Source: the human T2T-CHM13v2.0 reference genome, Homo sapiens
NCBI RefSeq assembly: GCF_009914755.1
Contig: NC_060925.1
Length of the DNA: 64,000 bases
Reading direction: 5' to 3' (one strand)
A program made the position numbers and the translations under genes. Below, piece after piece: positions 13,321-30,622 of this stretch (position 1 is the stretch's first letter; the number at the start of each line of letters is the position of its first letter). Under the pieces are notes generated by a model. The model saw only the letters and a list, made by a program, of their open reading frames with translations. It was not told the origin of the DNA and ran no database searches.

Positions 13321-15056
13321 TAGAAACCAAAATCAAGGTGTCGTCATTGCTACTGAGATGTAATTGCTTCTAGGCCCTTTCAATGAACAGTGCTTGGAAA
13401 ATACATATGTATATACACACACACATACAAATCATATGTTACATATATGTATTACTTGAATAGGATGCATACATATAAATATATTTTAAAGGCCAGAGTA
13501 GATACAGATATTCTCCAATTCAAATCCAATACTACAGGGTTCTTCCTCATCTTTTTCCATATTAGAATCTTATTTATTCATTTGCTCTATTTTCAATATC
13601 TGCAAATTAGTCTCAGATAACCATGCCAAAACCACAAACATTATTAAGAAGTCAAAATTTCTTTGCAGTCCATTTTTTCCTTAGAATATGCCCCATATTA
13701 AAGGTATACTGTGAAGGTTCTATGTTAAAATTTTATTTGAATTAATAGTTTTTTCAATGTGGTTATTACATCCATTTGATTCAGTTTTGTTTGTTTCTAA
13801 TCAATTTTAGGGTTTGCTTTGTTCATCTTTTTTAGTTTAATTTTATTTATTAAGTAAAATACTTAGTTCAAAAGTCAAAAGAATATTAAAAGGTATTTTC
13901 AAAAGCCTCACTCTTATCCCAGTACTTTCTACCTTATTCCAAGACATGCCTAATGGGTGATCTTTTCATTATTTTCTGGCTTGACATTCCTGTGTTTCTT
14001 TTTACAAAAATAAATTTAAAATGCATACTTTCATATGTTATATATGTGTGCATATGTGTATACATACATATTTCCCCTTCTCTTTCCCAAAAGTTAGCGT
14101 ATTATATATACTTTCTGCAACTTTCTTTTTTCACATTAATGATATATCTTAGAAATCACTCCATATTAGTTTACACAGATCTTCCTCATTCTATTTTATG
14201 GTTGAATGGTACTTCATTGTGTGAATGTACTATATAACATTCAATCAATCTCTTAATGTTGCAAAAAAATAACCATGTGTATATTGCTTTATTTTTGTGG
14301 CAGTACATCTTTAAAATCAAATTCCTGAAGTGGGATCCCTGGGTCAACTAATAAATGCATATGTGGTTTTTCTCAGATACTGATGAATTGTATGCCCTCC
14401 CTCTCTGGTGTGAAATGTACCATTCTGCATGTCCCCAGCAAAAAAAAATGAGAACGCTTATTTCCCCACAGCCTTGCTGTCTCCTCAAGCTTTGGAATTT
14501 TTGTCAATCTGGTAAGAAAGAATATCTTACTGTGGTTTTAATCTGCACTTATTTTATTATGAGTGGTGTGAATTTTCATATGTCTGAGGACCATTTGTAT
14601 ATCTTCTGTCAACTGTTCATGCCTTAAGATCATTTTTCTATAGGTTTTAGTCTTAAAAAATTTTTCTATTTTTCTATTTATGAGTGTTCTTTATGAATTA
14701 GGGAGAGTTATCTGTGCCTTATGTTGCAAATATTTTCTCCCATTTATCATTTGTCTTTTAGCTTTGCTTGGAGTATTTTTTTCCCCTAAAAATGTTTTAA
14801 AAAGTCAAATTTGTCGGTCTATCTAGATTTTGAATCATATTTAAAAAGGCTTTCCCCACCCCAAGTTTATAAAGGAATTTGTGTTTTCCTAGTACTTATA
14901 TAGTCATTTTTTTACATTTTGATCTCTAATCCACGTGCAGTTTATTCTGACATACGCTGTGATATATGGATTCAATTGTATCTTTTCCTAATGGCTATTA
15001 ACTTATCCCAATGTCATTTATGAAAAAGTCAATTTTATCCAATTTAATATGCCAAC

Positions 15057-15455
15057 CACTATGGACTGAATCTCCATCCCCCAAATTAATATGTTGAAGT
15101 CCTAATCCTCAATATAACTGTACCCAGAGACAGGGTTGTTAGGAGATGATGAAGGTTAAGTGAAGTCACGGGGTAGAGCCCTTATTTGATAGAACTATGG
15201 TCTTATAAGAAGAGGAAGAGCTCTCTTCCTCCCTCCACTTCCCTCCCTTCCTTCTTCCTTCTCCTGTGAGAACACAGTGAGAAGGCAGCCATAAGATGGC
15301 TGTCTGCAAGCAAGAAGAGGACCCTCAGCAGAAATCAACCCCTGCCAGAACCTTGATCTTGGACTTTCCAGTCTTTAGAACTGTGAGAAAAAAAAATCCT
15401 GTTGTTTAAACCAGACAGTCTGTGGTATTTCACTGACAGCCTCAGCAGACTACCA
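15057..15455 (+). mobile_element. MLT1A-family MaLR solo LTR
   Basis: ctatggactgaa...atatgttgaagtcctaatcc...ccttgatcttggactttccagtctttagaactgtgagaaa...cagtctgtggtatt. Confidence 0.75.
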
Positions 15456-15699
15456 CACTACCTTTATCATATAGCAAATTTTCATATACAGTCAGATCTA
15501 TCTCTGGATTTGCTATTTATTTTACACTGCTCAGTCTGCCTATTCATGTGCCAGTTCCATATAATTTTAATTTCAGAGGCTTTAAAGTATGTTTTAATAG
15601 CTAATGGGATTACTCTCTGCACATTGCTCTTCTTTTTTAGGAGTTCCTAGCTATTTTTGAATTATTATATGTACACTACAAATTTTATTATATTTACCT

Positions 15700-18600
15700 A
15701 CAAATTTTCCTCATTGCTTTGCAGAGATCCATTTTTTCCATGTTATCATTTTCTTTCTGCTTTAAGGACTTCACTTAACCTTTCTTGTAGTACTGATATG
15801 CTTGTGATTAATTCTCTAAGCTTTTATATTTCTGCAAATGTCTTCATTTTTATTTTTGAAAGACATTCTTGCTTGGTATAGAATTCTAGCTTAACAACTT
15901 CTTTTCCTTTTAGAACTTAAAAATGCTGCTCCACTGTATTCTGGCTTGCACTGTTTCTGACGAGAAGTTGCTGTCATTCTTTGTTCTTCTATATATCATG
16001 TGCTTGTTTTTCTCTGGCTGCTCTTAAGACTTTTCTCTTTATCGTGGGTTTTCAGCAATTTGATGATGATGTGCCTTGTGTGGTTTATTTCATATTTCTC
16101 CTGCTTGGGGTTCATTGAGCTTCTCTGATTTGTGAAGTTATAGTTTTCATAGTATTCAAAAATTTTTCAAGCATTATTTTTCTAATAATTTCTTATGTGC
16201 TCCTTATCTCTCCTTCAGGACTCCAGTTATATATGTTATAGGCTACGTGAAGTTGTTCCATGGCTCACTGATGCTTTCTTTTTCAGTTCTTTTTCTCTCT
16301 GTGTTTCATTTGGATAGTTTATACTGCTGTTTTTAAGTCTGCTCATCTTCCTCCTGAAGCAATTCCAACAGTAATATGTTGTGGATCCATTCAGTTTATT
16401 CTTCACTTGAGATATTATCTTGTATGTTCTACCTCTAAAGTTCAATTTGGTTCTTTTAAATCTAAATCCTACATTTCTCTACTCATGACGCTCATGATTT
16501 CCTCTATCTTCTTGAACATATGCAATATAAACAACTGCTTTAATGTCCTTGTCTATTAATTCTATAATCTGTGTGATTTCTGGATTCTAATTATAATGGG
16601 TGAGTTTTTCTCTTGCTTGTTTGCATGCCTGGTAATTTTTTTTGTGGTAAAATATATATCAAATTTACAGTTTTAATCATTTTAAAGTGTACAGTTCTGT
16701 GACATTAAGTCCATTCACATTATTAGGCAACTATCACCACCATCCATCTCCAGGACATTTTCATTTTCCCCAACTGAAACTCTGTACCTATTATCAACCT
16801 CTTCACCTCCTCCTCCCTCAGCTCCTGGCAACTACTATTGTACTTTCTGTCTCTATATATTTGACTTCTCTAGATGTCTCATCTAAGTGAAATCATACAA
16901 TATTTGTGCTTTTATAACTGGCTTATTTCACTTAGCATGTCTTCGAGGTTCACCTATGTTGTAGCATGTGTTATAATTTCCTTCCTCTTTAAGGCTGAAT
17001 AATATTCCCATTGCATCTCTCTCTCTTCCCCAGCCCCGCTCTCTTTCTGTGTGTGCGTATGTGTGACATTTTCTTTATCCATTCTTCCATCAACAGACAC
17101 TTGAGTGGCTTCTACCTTTTGGCTATTGTGACTAATGCTGCTAAACACGGGTATTCAAATATCTGCCCAAGTCCCTGCTTTCAGTCCTTCTGAGTATATA
17201 CCCAGAAATGGAACTGCTGAATCACAGAATTCTACTTTTACTTTTTAAGAAAATAGTTGGGGGTCTCACTATGTTGCCCAGGCTGGCCTCGAACTCCTGG
17301 GTTCAAGCGATCCTCCTGCCTCAGCCTTCCAGGTAGTTGGGACTACAGGTGCATGATATTTTTAACTTTCTGAGAAACTCCCATTTTACATTCCTACCAG
17401 CAACAGACATTCCCATTTCTCCACATCCTCATCAACACTTGTTATTTTCTGTTTTTTTCCTAATACCCATCCTAATGAATGTGAAGTGTCATCTCAATGC
17501 AGTTTTAATTTGTAGTTCCCTAATGATTAGTGATCATGAACATATTTTCATGTGCTAATTGGCCATTTGTACATCTTCTTTGGAAAAAAATATATTCAAG
17601 TCCTTTGCTAATTTTTGAAATGGGTTTTTTGTTGTTGAGGTTTAGGAGTTTTTATTTTTAATTTTTTAAATATCATAAACCTTGAATAACACAGTTGCAG
17701 GAGTTTTTAAAAATATTTTTTGAATATTAACCCCTTATCAGATATATGTTTTGTGAATTTTTTTTCTAATTCTGTGGGCTGCCTTTTCACTATGTCAATA
17801 GTGTCCTTTGATGCACAAAAGTTTTGAATTTTGATGTAGTCTAATTTATGTATGTTTTTCTTTTGTTGCCTGTGCTTTTGGTGTCATATTCAAATCTAAT
17901 GTCATAAAGCTTTTCTTCTAAGAGTTTTATGGATTTAGACCCCACATTCAGGCCTTTGATACATTTTGAGTTAATTTTTGTATATAGTGTAAGGTTAAGT
18001 TCCAACTTCATTTTTTTGCATGTGTATATGTCATTTTTCTAGCATTACTGAATTAGATATGTAAGTATAAAAAATTAGCTTCACAATTCACACACCATAA
18101 AATTTACTCTTTTAAGTATATAGTTCAATGGGTTTTAGTACTCTGTGAACATACAAAGTGTGCAAACATCACTTTATCTAATTTTAAAATATTTTCATCA
18201 CTCCTCCAAAAAGAGGCCCAATACCTATTAGCAGCCACTCCCCATCCCCACTTCAAGCTGGACTCTGGAAACCACAAATCTACTTTCTGCTTACATGGAT
18301 TTGGCTATTTTTTCCCATTGTGTGAGCTGTCTTTTCACTTCTTGATGATGAAGCTTTTTAGTTTTGATGAAGTTCAAGTTATCTATTTTTTCTTTTGTTT
18401 TTTTGTGCTTTTGGTGCTGTATTATCTAATCCAAGGTCATGAAGATTTCCTCCTGTTTTCTTCGAAGAGTTTTCTCATTTTAGCTCTTACATTTAGGTCC
18501 ATGATCCACTTGAAATTAATTTTTGTATATGGCATAGAGGTAGGGTCCAACTTCATTTTTTTCTATGTGAATATCCATTTGTTCCTCACCAGCTGTTGAA

Positions 18601-18982
18601 AATCACATTGAACTGTCTTGGCATCCTTGTGAAAAATCAATTGACCATAAATTGGTAGGTTCATTTCTGTACTCTTAATTCTAATTCATGGATCTATATG
18701 TCTGTCTTCATGCCAGAACCACAATGTCTTCAGTACTATAGCTTTGTAGTAAGTTTTGAAATCAGAAAATGTGAGTCCTCCACCTTTGTTTTCCCTTTTG
18801 AATATTGCTATGATTATTCTGGGTCCCTTATAAGAATTTTAGAACCAATTTGTCAATTTCTGCAAAATAGGCAGTTGGGATTTTGATAGGGACTGCACTG
18901 CATCTATAGATCAATTTGGAGAATATTACTGATAGTTAAGTGATTTGCAAACATTATCTCCTAGTCTGTGGCCTGTATTTTC
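15700..18982 (-). mobile_element. Stack of old L1 fragments (ORF1-region L1M, L1MB-like 3' ends) with an Alu monomer fragment near 17258-17355
   Basis: Reversed L1 ORF1, ORF2 and 3' UTR motifs. ORF 16954..17148 resembles L1 ORF2 C-terminus out of frame. Confidence 0.65.
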
Positions 18983-20770
18983 TTTTTTCTAATTTTTCAA
19001 CTATTATTATTTTGTATTATACTTTAAATTCTGGGGTACATGTGCACAACGTGCAGGTTTGTCACATAGGTATACAGGTGCCATGTTGGTTTGCTGCACC
19101 CATCAACTCGTCATTTACATTAGGTATTTCTCCTAATGCTATCTCTCCCCCAGCCTCCCACCCCCCAGCAGGCCCTGGTGTGTGATGTTCTTTTCCCTGT
19201 GTCCACGTGTTCTCATTGTTCAACTCGCACTTATGAGAATGTGCAGTGTTTGGTTTTCTGTCCTTGTGATAGTTTGCTGAGAATGATGGTTTCCAGCTTC
19301 ATCCATGTCCCTACAAAGGACATGAACTCATCCTTTTTATGGCTGCATAGTATTCCATGGTGTATATGTGCCACATTTTCTTTATCCAGTCTATTATTGA
19401 TGGATATTTGGGTTGGTCCAATTGTTTGCTATTGTGAATAGTGCTGCAATAAATATATGTGTGCATGTGTCTTTATAGTAGCATGATTCATAATCCTTTG
19501 GGTATATACCCAGTAATGGGATCACTGGGTCAAATGGTATTTCTAGTTCTAGATCCTTGAAGAATCGCGACACTGTCTTCCACAATGGGTGAACTAATTT
19601 ACATACCCACCAACAGTGTAAAAGTGTTCCTATTTCTCCACATCCTCTCCAGCATCTATTGTTTCCAGACTTTTTAATGATCGCCATTCTAACTGGCGTG
19701 AGATGGTATCTCACTGTGATTTTGATTTGCATTTCTCTAATGACCAGTGATGATGAGCATTTTTTCATGTGTCTGTTGGCTGCATAAATGTCTTCTTTTG
19801 AGAAGTGTCTGTTCATATCTGTTGCCCACTTTTTGATGGGATTGTTTGTGTTTTTCTTGTAAATTTGTTTTTCTTTGTAAATTCTGGGTATTAGCCCTTT
19901 GTCAGATGGGTAGATTGCAAAAATTTCCTCCTATTCTGTAGGTTGCCTGTTCACTCTGCTGATGGTTTCTTTTGCTGTGCAGAAGTTCTTTATTTTAATT
20001 AGATCCCATTTGTCAATTTTGGCTTTTGTTGCCATTGCTTTTGGTGTTTTACTCATGAAGTCTTTGCCCATGCCTATGTCCTGAATGGTACTGCCCAGGT
20101 TTTCTTCTAGGGCTTTTACAGGTTTAGGTTTTACATTTAAGTCTTTAATCCATCTTGAGTTAATTTTTGTATAAGGTGTAAGGAGTCCAGTTTCAGGTTT
20201 CTACATATGGCCAGCCAGTTTTCCCAGCACCATTTATTAAATAGGGAATCCTTTCCCCATTTCTTGTTTTTGTCATGTTTGTCAAAGATCAGATGGTTGT
20301 AGATGTGTGGTATTATTTCTGAGGCCTCTGTACTGTTCCATTGGTCTATATATCTGTTTTGGTACCAGTGCCATGCTATTCTGGTTACTGTAGCCTTGTA
20401 GTATAGTTTGAAGTCAGGTAGCATGATGCCTCCAGCTTTGTCCTTTTTGCTTAGGATTGTCTTGGTCATGTGGGCTCTTTTTTGGTTCCATATGAAATTT
20501 AAAGTAGTTTTTTCCCATTCTGTGAAGAAAGTCAGTGGTAGCTTGATGGGGATAGCACTGAACCTATAAATTACTTTGGGCAGTATGGCCATTTTCACGA
20601 TATTGATTCATCCTATCCGTGAGCTTGGAATGTTCTTCCATTTGTTTGTGTCCTTTTATTTCGTTGAGCAGTGGTTTGTAGTTCTCCTTGAAGAGGTCCT
20701 TCACATCCTTTGTAAGTTGGATTCCTAGGTATTTTATTCTTTTTGTATCAATGGTGAATGGGAGTTCACT

Positions 20771-20772
<2 letters not shown>
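18983..20772 (-). mobile_element. L1PA (PA7/8-like) 3' segment: ORF2 C-terminus, 3' UTR and tail
   Basis: ORFs 19394..19816 ([24 protein letters not shown]...HCWW) and 20137..20598 are L1 ORF2p. Primate 3' UTR ctggggtacatgtgcacaacgtgcagg. Confidence 0.93.
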
Positions 20773-22045
<1,273 letters not shown>

Positions 22046-22685
22046 TGTATTTTCATTCTCTTACCAGTGTCTATTGAAGAGCAGAAGTTCTTAATTTTGA
22101 CAAAGTCTACTCTATGACTTATTTTTTAATCATGCTTTTTGGTCAGGTTTTTCAAAGTTTTCTTTATGTAAGTTTCACACATTTGTTAGTTTTCCCTCAC
22201 CCCTTACCTGCTATTGAAAATGGGAGTTTGTCTTCCATGTATCTTCTATCAGGTTATTTTAAACCATTAAGTAAAATGTTGGCTTTAGTACTGAGGTATA
22301 AACATACTTTTTTCCAAGTTAAGTATATAGTACCCATTTTCTGGTTTATTATTTTTTTTTGCTAGTAGTGTGTTGAATTTTGTCAAAGCTCATATGATTT
22401 TATTCCTTAGCTTTTTTAATATGTTGAATTCTATTAATGATTTTTCTAAAGTTAAATATTTTCATTCTCCCCAAAATCCAACCTACTATTATGTCTTGAT
22501 GAATTGTTGTTTTAAATATGTTAAATCCTAATTCCTTTTATTTAGGATTTTAATAACAGTATTCATACATGAGATTATACATCTGCATGTGTGTGTGGGC
22601 ACACGTGTATAAATCAGGTTTAGGCAACACAGTTCTATGTGTCTCATAAAAACAATTCAGATGCTTTCCTACTTTTTCTGTGATC

Positions 22686-23275
22686 TAGAATGACACTATT
22701 CAGTACAATAGCCACTAGCCACATCAGGCCTTACATGCTTTAGCTGTGTCCCCACCCAAATCCTCATCTTGAATTGTAGTTCCCATAATCCCCACATATG
22801 ATGATAGGGACCCAGTGGGAGGTAAGTGAATCATGGGGGCAGTTTCCCCTATGCTATTCTCATGATAATGAGTAAGTTCTCACAAGATCTGATGGTTTTA
22901 TAAGGGGCTTCCCCCTTTGCTCAGCTCTCATTCTTCTCTTTCCTGCTGCCCTGTGAAGAAGGATGTGTTTGCTTCCCCTTCCACCATGAATGTAAGTTTC
23001 CTGAGGCCTCCCTAGCCATGCTGAACTGTGAGTCAATTAAACCTCTTCCCTTTATAATTACCCAGTCTCTGTTATGTCCTTATAGCAGCAGGAGAACGGA
23101 CTAATACAAGGCCTTTTAAGTTACAATTAAATACAATTTAAAATTCAATTCCTTAGTCACAGTAGCCAGTTCAAGTGCTTACTCACTTGCTGTATGTGGC
23201 TGGTGAGGATCATGCTGAATAGAACAGATACAAAATATTTCCACCATTGCAGAAAGTTCTGCTGGGTATTGTTGA
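22686..23275. mobile_element. MER3/MER33-type hAT-Charlie element split by a THE1 LTR
   Basis: atagccactagccacat before the LTR; aaaattcaattccttagtcacagtagcca...tgcagaaagttct after it. Confidence 0.6.
22731..23108 (+). mobile_element. THE1 (C/D-like) MaLR solo LTR
   Basis: gctgtgtccccacccaaatc...gagaacggactaataca, with a perfect 5-bp TSD AGGCC (22726-22730, 23109-23113). Confidence 0.9.
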
Positions 23276-23363
23276 ACTACAACTCAACTAGCACTAAGAC
23301 TATCTGCTCCTTAAGGTTTGGTAATTTCCCTGTGACATAATCTACACATGGTGCTTACTGTAG

Positions 23364-23694
<331 letters not shown>

Positions 23695-23794
23695 ATGTTT
23701 TCTATATCTGTTTAAATATTGTAATGCTATTGAAGTTAATTTTGACAAATAGTATTTCCTACTTCAACCTAACTTTTCAAATTTATCTGCATAG

Positions 23795-24120
<326 letters not shown>

Positions 24121-24222
24121 ATTTCTTATTTTCTATGTTTGTGCCTACTCTCCTTTTTTCTTTACTATGCTAACTAGTGGTTTGTCTATTTCATGGACAT
24201 TTTTTCTCCCAAAGGACAGTAC

Positions 24223-24529
24223 TTTTTTTTTTTTTTTTTTTTTTGAGACAGTATCTCACCCTGTGGCCTAGGTTGCAGTGCAGTGGTATGACCATAACTC
24301 ACTGTAACCTCAAACTCCTGGGTGCAAGCAATCCTTCTGCTTCAGCCTCCTAAAAGCCAGGACAACAGGCATATGCCACCATGCTGGGCTAATTTTTAAA
24401 AACATTTTTGTTGAGACAGGGTCTTGCTATGTTACCCAGGCTGGTCTTGAACTCCTAGCCTCAAAGTGATCCTCTTGCCTTGGCCACGCAAAGTTCTGAG
24501 ATTACAGGCATGAATTACCATGCCCGGCC
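24223..24529 (-). mobile_element. AluJ
   Basis: Poly-T plus dimeric Alu; TSD-like aggac(c)agtactt. Confidence 0.9.
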
Positions 24530-25029
24530 AGGACCAGTACTTTGAATTAACTTTGAATTATTGCTTTTCTGTTTTCTGCCTCATTAATTTCCTTTATCTT
24601 TTTTTTCTTCTTGCTTTGTAATTCTTTTTCTAGCTCTTTGAGTTGGGAATTTAAATCCCAATTTTCATCCTTTCATTTTTACTGATGTTAAATATTTAAG
24701 GCTATACATTTTCTTCTAAGTACTGCTTTAATTATATCTCAAAATTCTGATGTATGATGTTTATTATCATCGTGTTTTAGGAATTTTGCAAACTTTGTTT
24801 ATATCTCCCCTGTTCAACTAAGAGCTATTTAGATTTTTAAATTTCAAGGCAGATCATTTATAAGGATCTAAAGTTTGACATGCATACATATGCACACACA
24901 CACACACATACACCTACGATCTACCTGATTTCTTAAAGCCTTTCATACTTTTACTTTTTGTCCTCTTGACCTGTCTTGCCTTGAAAGAGCTGTGTTGAGC
25001 CTTCATTAGTACATTTGTCTGCATCTCTT

Positions 25030-25433
25030 TCTAAGCAGCAGCATCCTTACCCTCACCTTGGGTGGTTTCATAGTAGAGTTACTGTAGAGAGATATCTCTC
25101 AACGAACAGCTTTCCTGAGCACCATAGAGGGGAGTTCCTAGCAAGTTCCACCAACATAGCACCACAGTGATTTCTCTGTCATTGAGAGAACACAGCCCTA
25201 TACCTCAGCCCTCAGGATGGGGGAGGAGAGGCTCTTCCTTGGGCACTTTATCTCAGCCTCAGAGTCTGGCTTTTCTTTATGTTTGCTACTCATATAATTT
25301 CTTTAGAGTTATCTTTCCTTTACTAACTGATCCCTCATTACTCCAATCCTCTGTTATAGTTAACAATTATATTAAACTTTCTATGTTCAAATTACTGTGT
25401 TGTTTCTCTCTTCACTGGACTGAGCCTGATACA
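25030..25433 (+). mobile_element. ERVL-class LTR fragment (LTR41-like)
   Basis: 3' end tatattaaactttctatgttcaaattactgtgttgtttctct...ctgataca resembles an ERVL LTR terminus. The family call is tentative. Confidence 0.45.
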
Positions 25434-27624
25434 CACATACACTATTCTACCCTTGTCCCTTGCTTTGTTTTTGTCTTAAATTGATCATCTCTTGCTTTGA
25501 TGAAGAGCTTTCTCTAATTTATTCCTCAGAATGGGCTTGGGGTTATAATATTCCCTGAGTTCTGCATGCTGAAAACGATTTCAGTATAACCTCAATACCT
25601 GAAAAACAGCTGCAAACTTGACTTTCTTTACCTTGTAAAAGACTTGGCTTTTTTTTTGCCAGAAGTTTAGAAGAAATTTTCTTAGAATACAATAGTTTTA
25701 CTAAAATATGTCTTAGAGTTGACCAATCTGAATCAAAAGTAGGTCCTATAAATATAAAGGTAAAGGTCTGCTTTAATTTTTGGAAAGTTTTCTTATTTAA
25801 GTGTTAATTCTGTTCCATTGTTTTGTTTATCTTCTTTTGGGTTTTCAGTTATACATACATATACATATCGTGTACATATACATATTGGATTTTTGTTCAT
25901 TATCTTCTATATCTAACAGTTCCTTTGAGATACTTTTTAACCTTTTCTAATATTTATTTTTATTCTCTTGGCTTTTTATTTCCCTCCTTAATGTCCCTTA
26001 TTACATTTTCAGTTGAGTCTATTGTCCTGTTGTTCACCTTGGAATTCAGTCTTCCACTGAGATAATTTTGTCTTTTTTTTCTTGAGTTTGGACAATACTA
26101 TTTTCACATCTTCTTGTCTATTGTGCATGTCTAGCTTGACTTTTACAACCTATGATTCAAGGTATTTTTTTCATATCTGCCAAGACTTGTTTAACTCAAG
26201 TTGAGTTGCTGTGCAACAGGTTTCCTCTGATTAGTCGTTGGTTTTGGAAGCATTTTCAGTAGTTGAAATGGTTTTATCCTCATCTTATGTTTTTCTTCAT
26301 ATTGAAGCTTTTTATAAATTTTCAAGTGCTATTTTCTCACCATTTTTATATATCTTAAATTTTCCCAGACCAGCAAAAAAACAAAAGGTTCTATTGGCAG
26401 GGAACTTGGGTCATGAGTTGGCATAGTGAAATACAATTTCTTTAATAGATGGGCCTGTTTAAGGTAGGATGAGAAGAATGGTATGCCTTTTATTCTGTAT
26501 AATCCTAAATTTTACCCCCTGCTGTCTTTTTTTCCCTTCAACGTTAAGTCTCCCTCTTCCACAGAGGAAGTTTTCTCCCCAGGACTGCCATCTCCAGTCC
26601 ACTTTCAACTTTGACTCTCCTTTCCAATTCCAATAGTTTGTGCTCTAATCCACAAGATCTTAGCTCTGTTCTCAGTATTTCCCATTCTGGGTGGGACTAT
26701 CTCATTCTGGGGGCAATTTTGGCTCTGTTAGGCCCCCATTGTTCTCTCCCTTTTTTATACAATTTCCACCTACATAAATTCTTCGTTATGTATGGTCTGG
26801 TACTGGCTCTGCTGGTTTCAGATCTTTATATCCCCATTAAAAAGTAACTGATAATTGTGGCATTCTCGGCTCCTAGTTATATTTAGGCATAAGTTATGGG
26901 TGGATTGTTTCCTTTTTGATCTGTAGGTTTCTGGAGAATTTTTGGAAATATTTGATTTACATGGTCACTATGTTCCCTGAGAACTTGTATTTTTTAATAG
27001 CCTCTCAAATGCTTCTAAATAGTGATTCATAAAGTAGTGCAAGAATAACACACTACAGTGTAAGAATGAAGAGCATCTCCATGTTACTGCAATGTCATAT
27101 TTAGGACATATCACTAAATGAAAAAAGGCAGGGGATAGATACACACATACACACATAGACACACACACATGCCTAAATTTTTTATAAAATTGAATGATAA
27201 ACTATAGGATTAAAAAGAAGTGGTTACCTATGGCAGAAGGAAAGACCAAGGTGAAAGAGATTTCTCTGAATATACTCTGTTTTATAGACTTGACTTTTCA
27301 GAATTATATATATTTCAGAATTATATATAATAATGTATTTATAAAGCAAAATTAAATTTTAAAAAGCAATTCCACAAAATAAAACATAAAATGAAGCAAA
27401 TGAACCTTAGTTATTAAGTTGGTGGTACAGTCACTTAGACAGAAACTAATCTAAATGACCTTATAACACTTATTAAGGGTATTTTTCTTAAGGGTAAGGA
27501 AAAAATGCAAATAAACACTGTTAATAATCAAACTGGTGGTAGTGTTGGTATTGTTATTCTGAGACTGTTAGATGAGTGATACGGAATAAAGCAAATGAGT
27601 TACTGTGTTAACATGGAGAACTAG

Positions 27625-28086
<462 letters not shown>

Positions 28087-28662
28087 TAGAAAGGGTGACC
28101 AACCTAGTAGCACTGAGCACTCTAGTGTTCTGATTATGGTCTCTAAATACCATTTCCCAATAAAAGGAGCCCAGGAACCTAGAAGAACTAGCTGATTCCA
28201 TATTTGGGGCAAAAAATATATAAGATGAACCTGGAACATGTTGAAATTGCAAAAATCCAAGAGAGCTATCAAATAGTATCAAACAGTATATAAAAGAGGA
28301 GACAACTTGACAAGTTTCCTTCTGGCAAAAGATGGGATAATTCAAGCATCAATAAGGTCAATTGGTGTGATGGAGTGAAACACAACAAATATGTATGAAG
28401 TTTTGAGCTTATGATACTAAGCAACAACAACAAAATCCTCCTTAAATATTTTTGGAGGATGCTAATAAACCAATTCATTGAAAATTGGTAAATAAAGAAA
28501 TAAAGCATGCATTTAAACTGTTTTTCCTGTGTGAACTATATCTCAAAATAACTAAATAGTTGATGAAAGTTTATGTTAACAGATGTATTCCATTAATTTA
28601 TGTAGACAGAATGGCAGGATTAGATTTTTCCATTTTGTAACCATATGAATTATAGATTTAAA

Positions 28663-28866
28663 TCAGGGGCAGCAAACTACAGTTGGCAGGCTGACAACCT
28701 GTTTTTGTAAATCAAGTTTTATTAGAACACAACCCTGTTTGTTTATGTATTGTCAACAGCTGCCTTAGCAGAAAGACAAAGCTAAGTAATTATAACAGAG
28801 AATGTATGATCTGTAAAGCCTAAAATATTCACTATCAGATCTGTCAAGAAAAATGTCAACCCTGAT
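28663..28866. mobile_element. MER58-type hAT-Charlie element
   Basis: CAGGGGCAGCAAACT...cctgtttttgtaaatcaagttttattagaacac...aaccctg terminal repeats. Confidence 0.7.
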
Positions 28867-30316
28867 CTAGACTATGAGCAGCAATGGCTGCTACATTATA
28901 TTACATTATAAAACAAGAGACAACCAGACTATACATGCTTCTTGATAGAAATAAATATCACCAGCTATGAAATATTCTTATGAAAAAATTGAACCAGAAT
29001 CTGATCAAGTCTCTACATTTAGCTACCAATTTTAGGAACTAGAGGACACAGAAACATGTTGAATGATACCACAAGAATACAATCAACAAAATATAATTTT
29101 AGGAAATTTAAAAGACAAATGACTTAGGTTTTTAAACAAATAAACTGCAAGAAAAATTAGAGCAGATAAGAACTTGTAGATTTAAAGAAGCTTAAAGGAC
29201 ATATCAACTAACTGCAATGTGAGGATTCTAGTTAGATTGATTCAAAAAACTGATTAAAAAAGAGAGAGACAGACAGAGACAGACAATCCAGAAAATTTAA
29301 ACACATTAAAATATTTGTTGATATTAAGACATTATCATTGGCTTATTTGTATGTGATAATTGTATGGTTATGTTTAAGACATCCTTGCCCATGACAGAGA
29401 CATACTAAATACTTTCATGATAAAATCATGCTATGTTTAACAATTGGAGGTGGGGACAGAAAGTGTATACAAGTATAGATAAAATTATATTGACTTCAAC
29501 AATGAAGGTTACATGAGCATTCACTATGCTATTTTTCTCTACCTTTTTATATGTTTGAAATTTTACATTACAAAATTTTTTTTAATGGGGGAAAACGTTA
29601 AATAAGTACCTAGGGAGCCCATGATACATGCTCTCTAATTCTCAATTTAGCACAGCTTCCTGAGAGGAAGTATAGTCAAAGTCCATAATCTAACTCTCTC
29701 GGTCCCCCATTGAGACTCACTGTAATAGTGATTGACAGTAACTGATAAGAAGGGCTGAATCCCTCAGATTTATTGAGGCAAAAGCTGGAGGGGAATCTGA
29801 TCTGGAAAGAAAAACCTAGTGAGGTTATTAGCTTAAATTTTAAAAAATGATTTTTATGTAATAATGGATTCGAAGCGAGAAAACTCCAAGGACCAGGTGA
29901 GAATTAGTGAGAAAGGAGATAAGAGATCCTTATAACAGCCATGCTTTCTACTGGCAGATTTTCTCTCATTTCTTGTCATTATGATAGGATTTGGTGAAAG
30001 CTTTATGCTTTTTGAGATAGGTTAAACGGCAAGACCTCCTTCCATTCTCTCTCTCAGGTAAATGGGCACTGGCCAAGAAGAACAAAGGGTGTGATTTCTT
30101 GTTAGAAAGAATTTGGAAGAAGCCTGGATATCATAAGCTAATGTAGAGATGGAGATGTCCAAATTGTGCAGCTTGTTTCATTTTGGGTGGGCCTTTTTAG
30201 GAGACTATATGAAAAATAAGGGATAAGCTGGGTACCCTAGGCTTTCCCATAATAGGATGTTCAGTTTTTGGACGCTAACTATTAATAATTGGCTAGAAAG
30301 AGTTTGGGTTTACTTA

Positions 30317-30622
<306 letters not shown>

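Noticed and set aside
22819-22827. Perfect plus-strand donor GAG|GTAAGT in THE1
   Set aside because: It is antisense to SCMH1 and upstream of the LTR's expected start site, with no supporting upstream exon.
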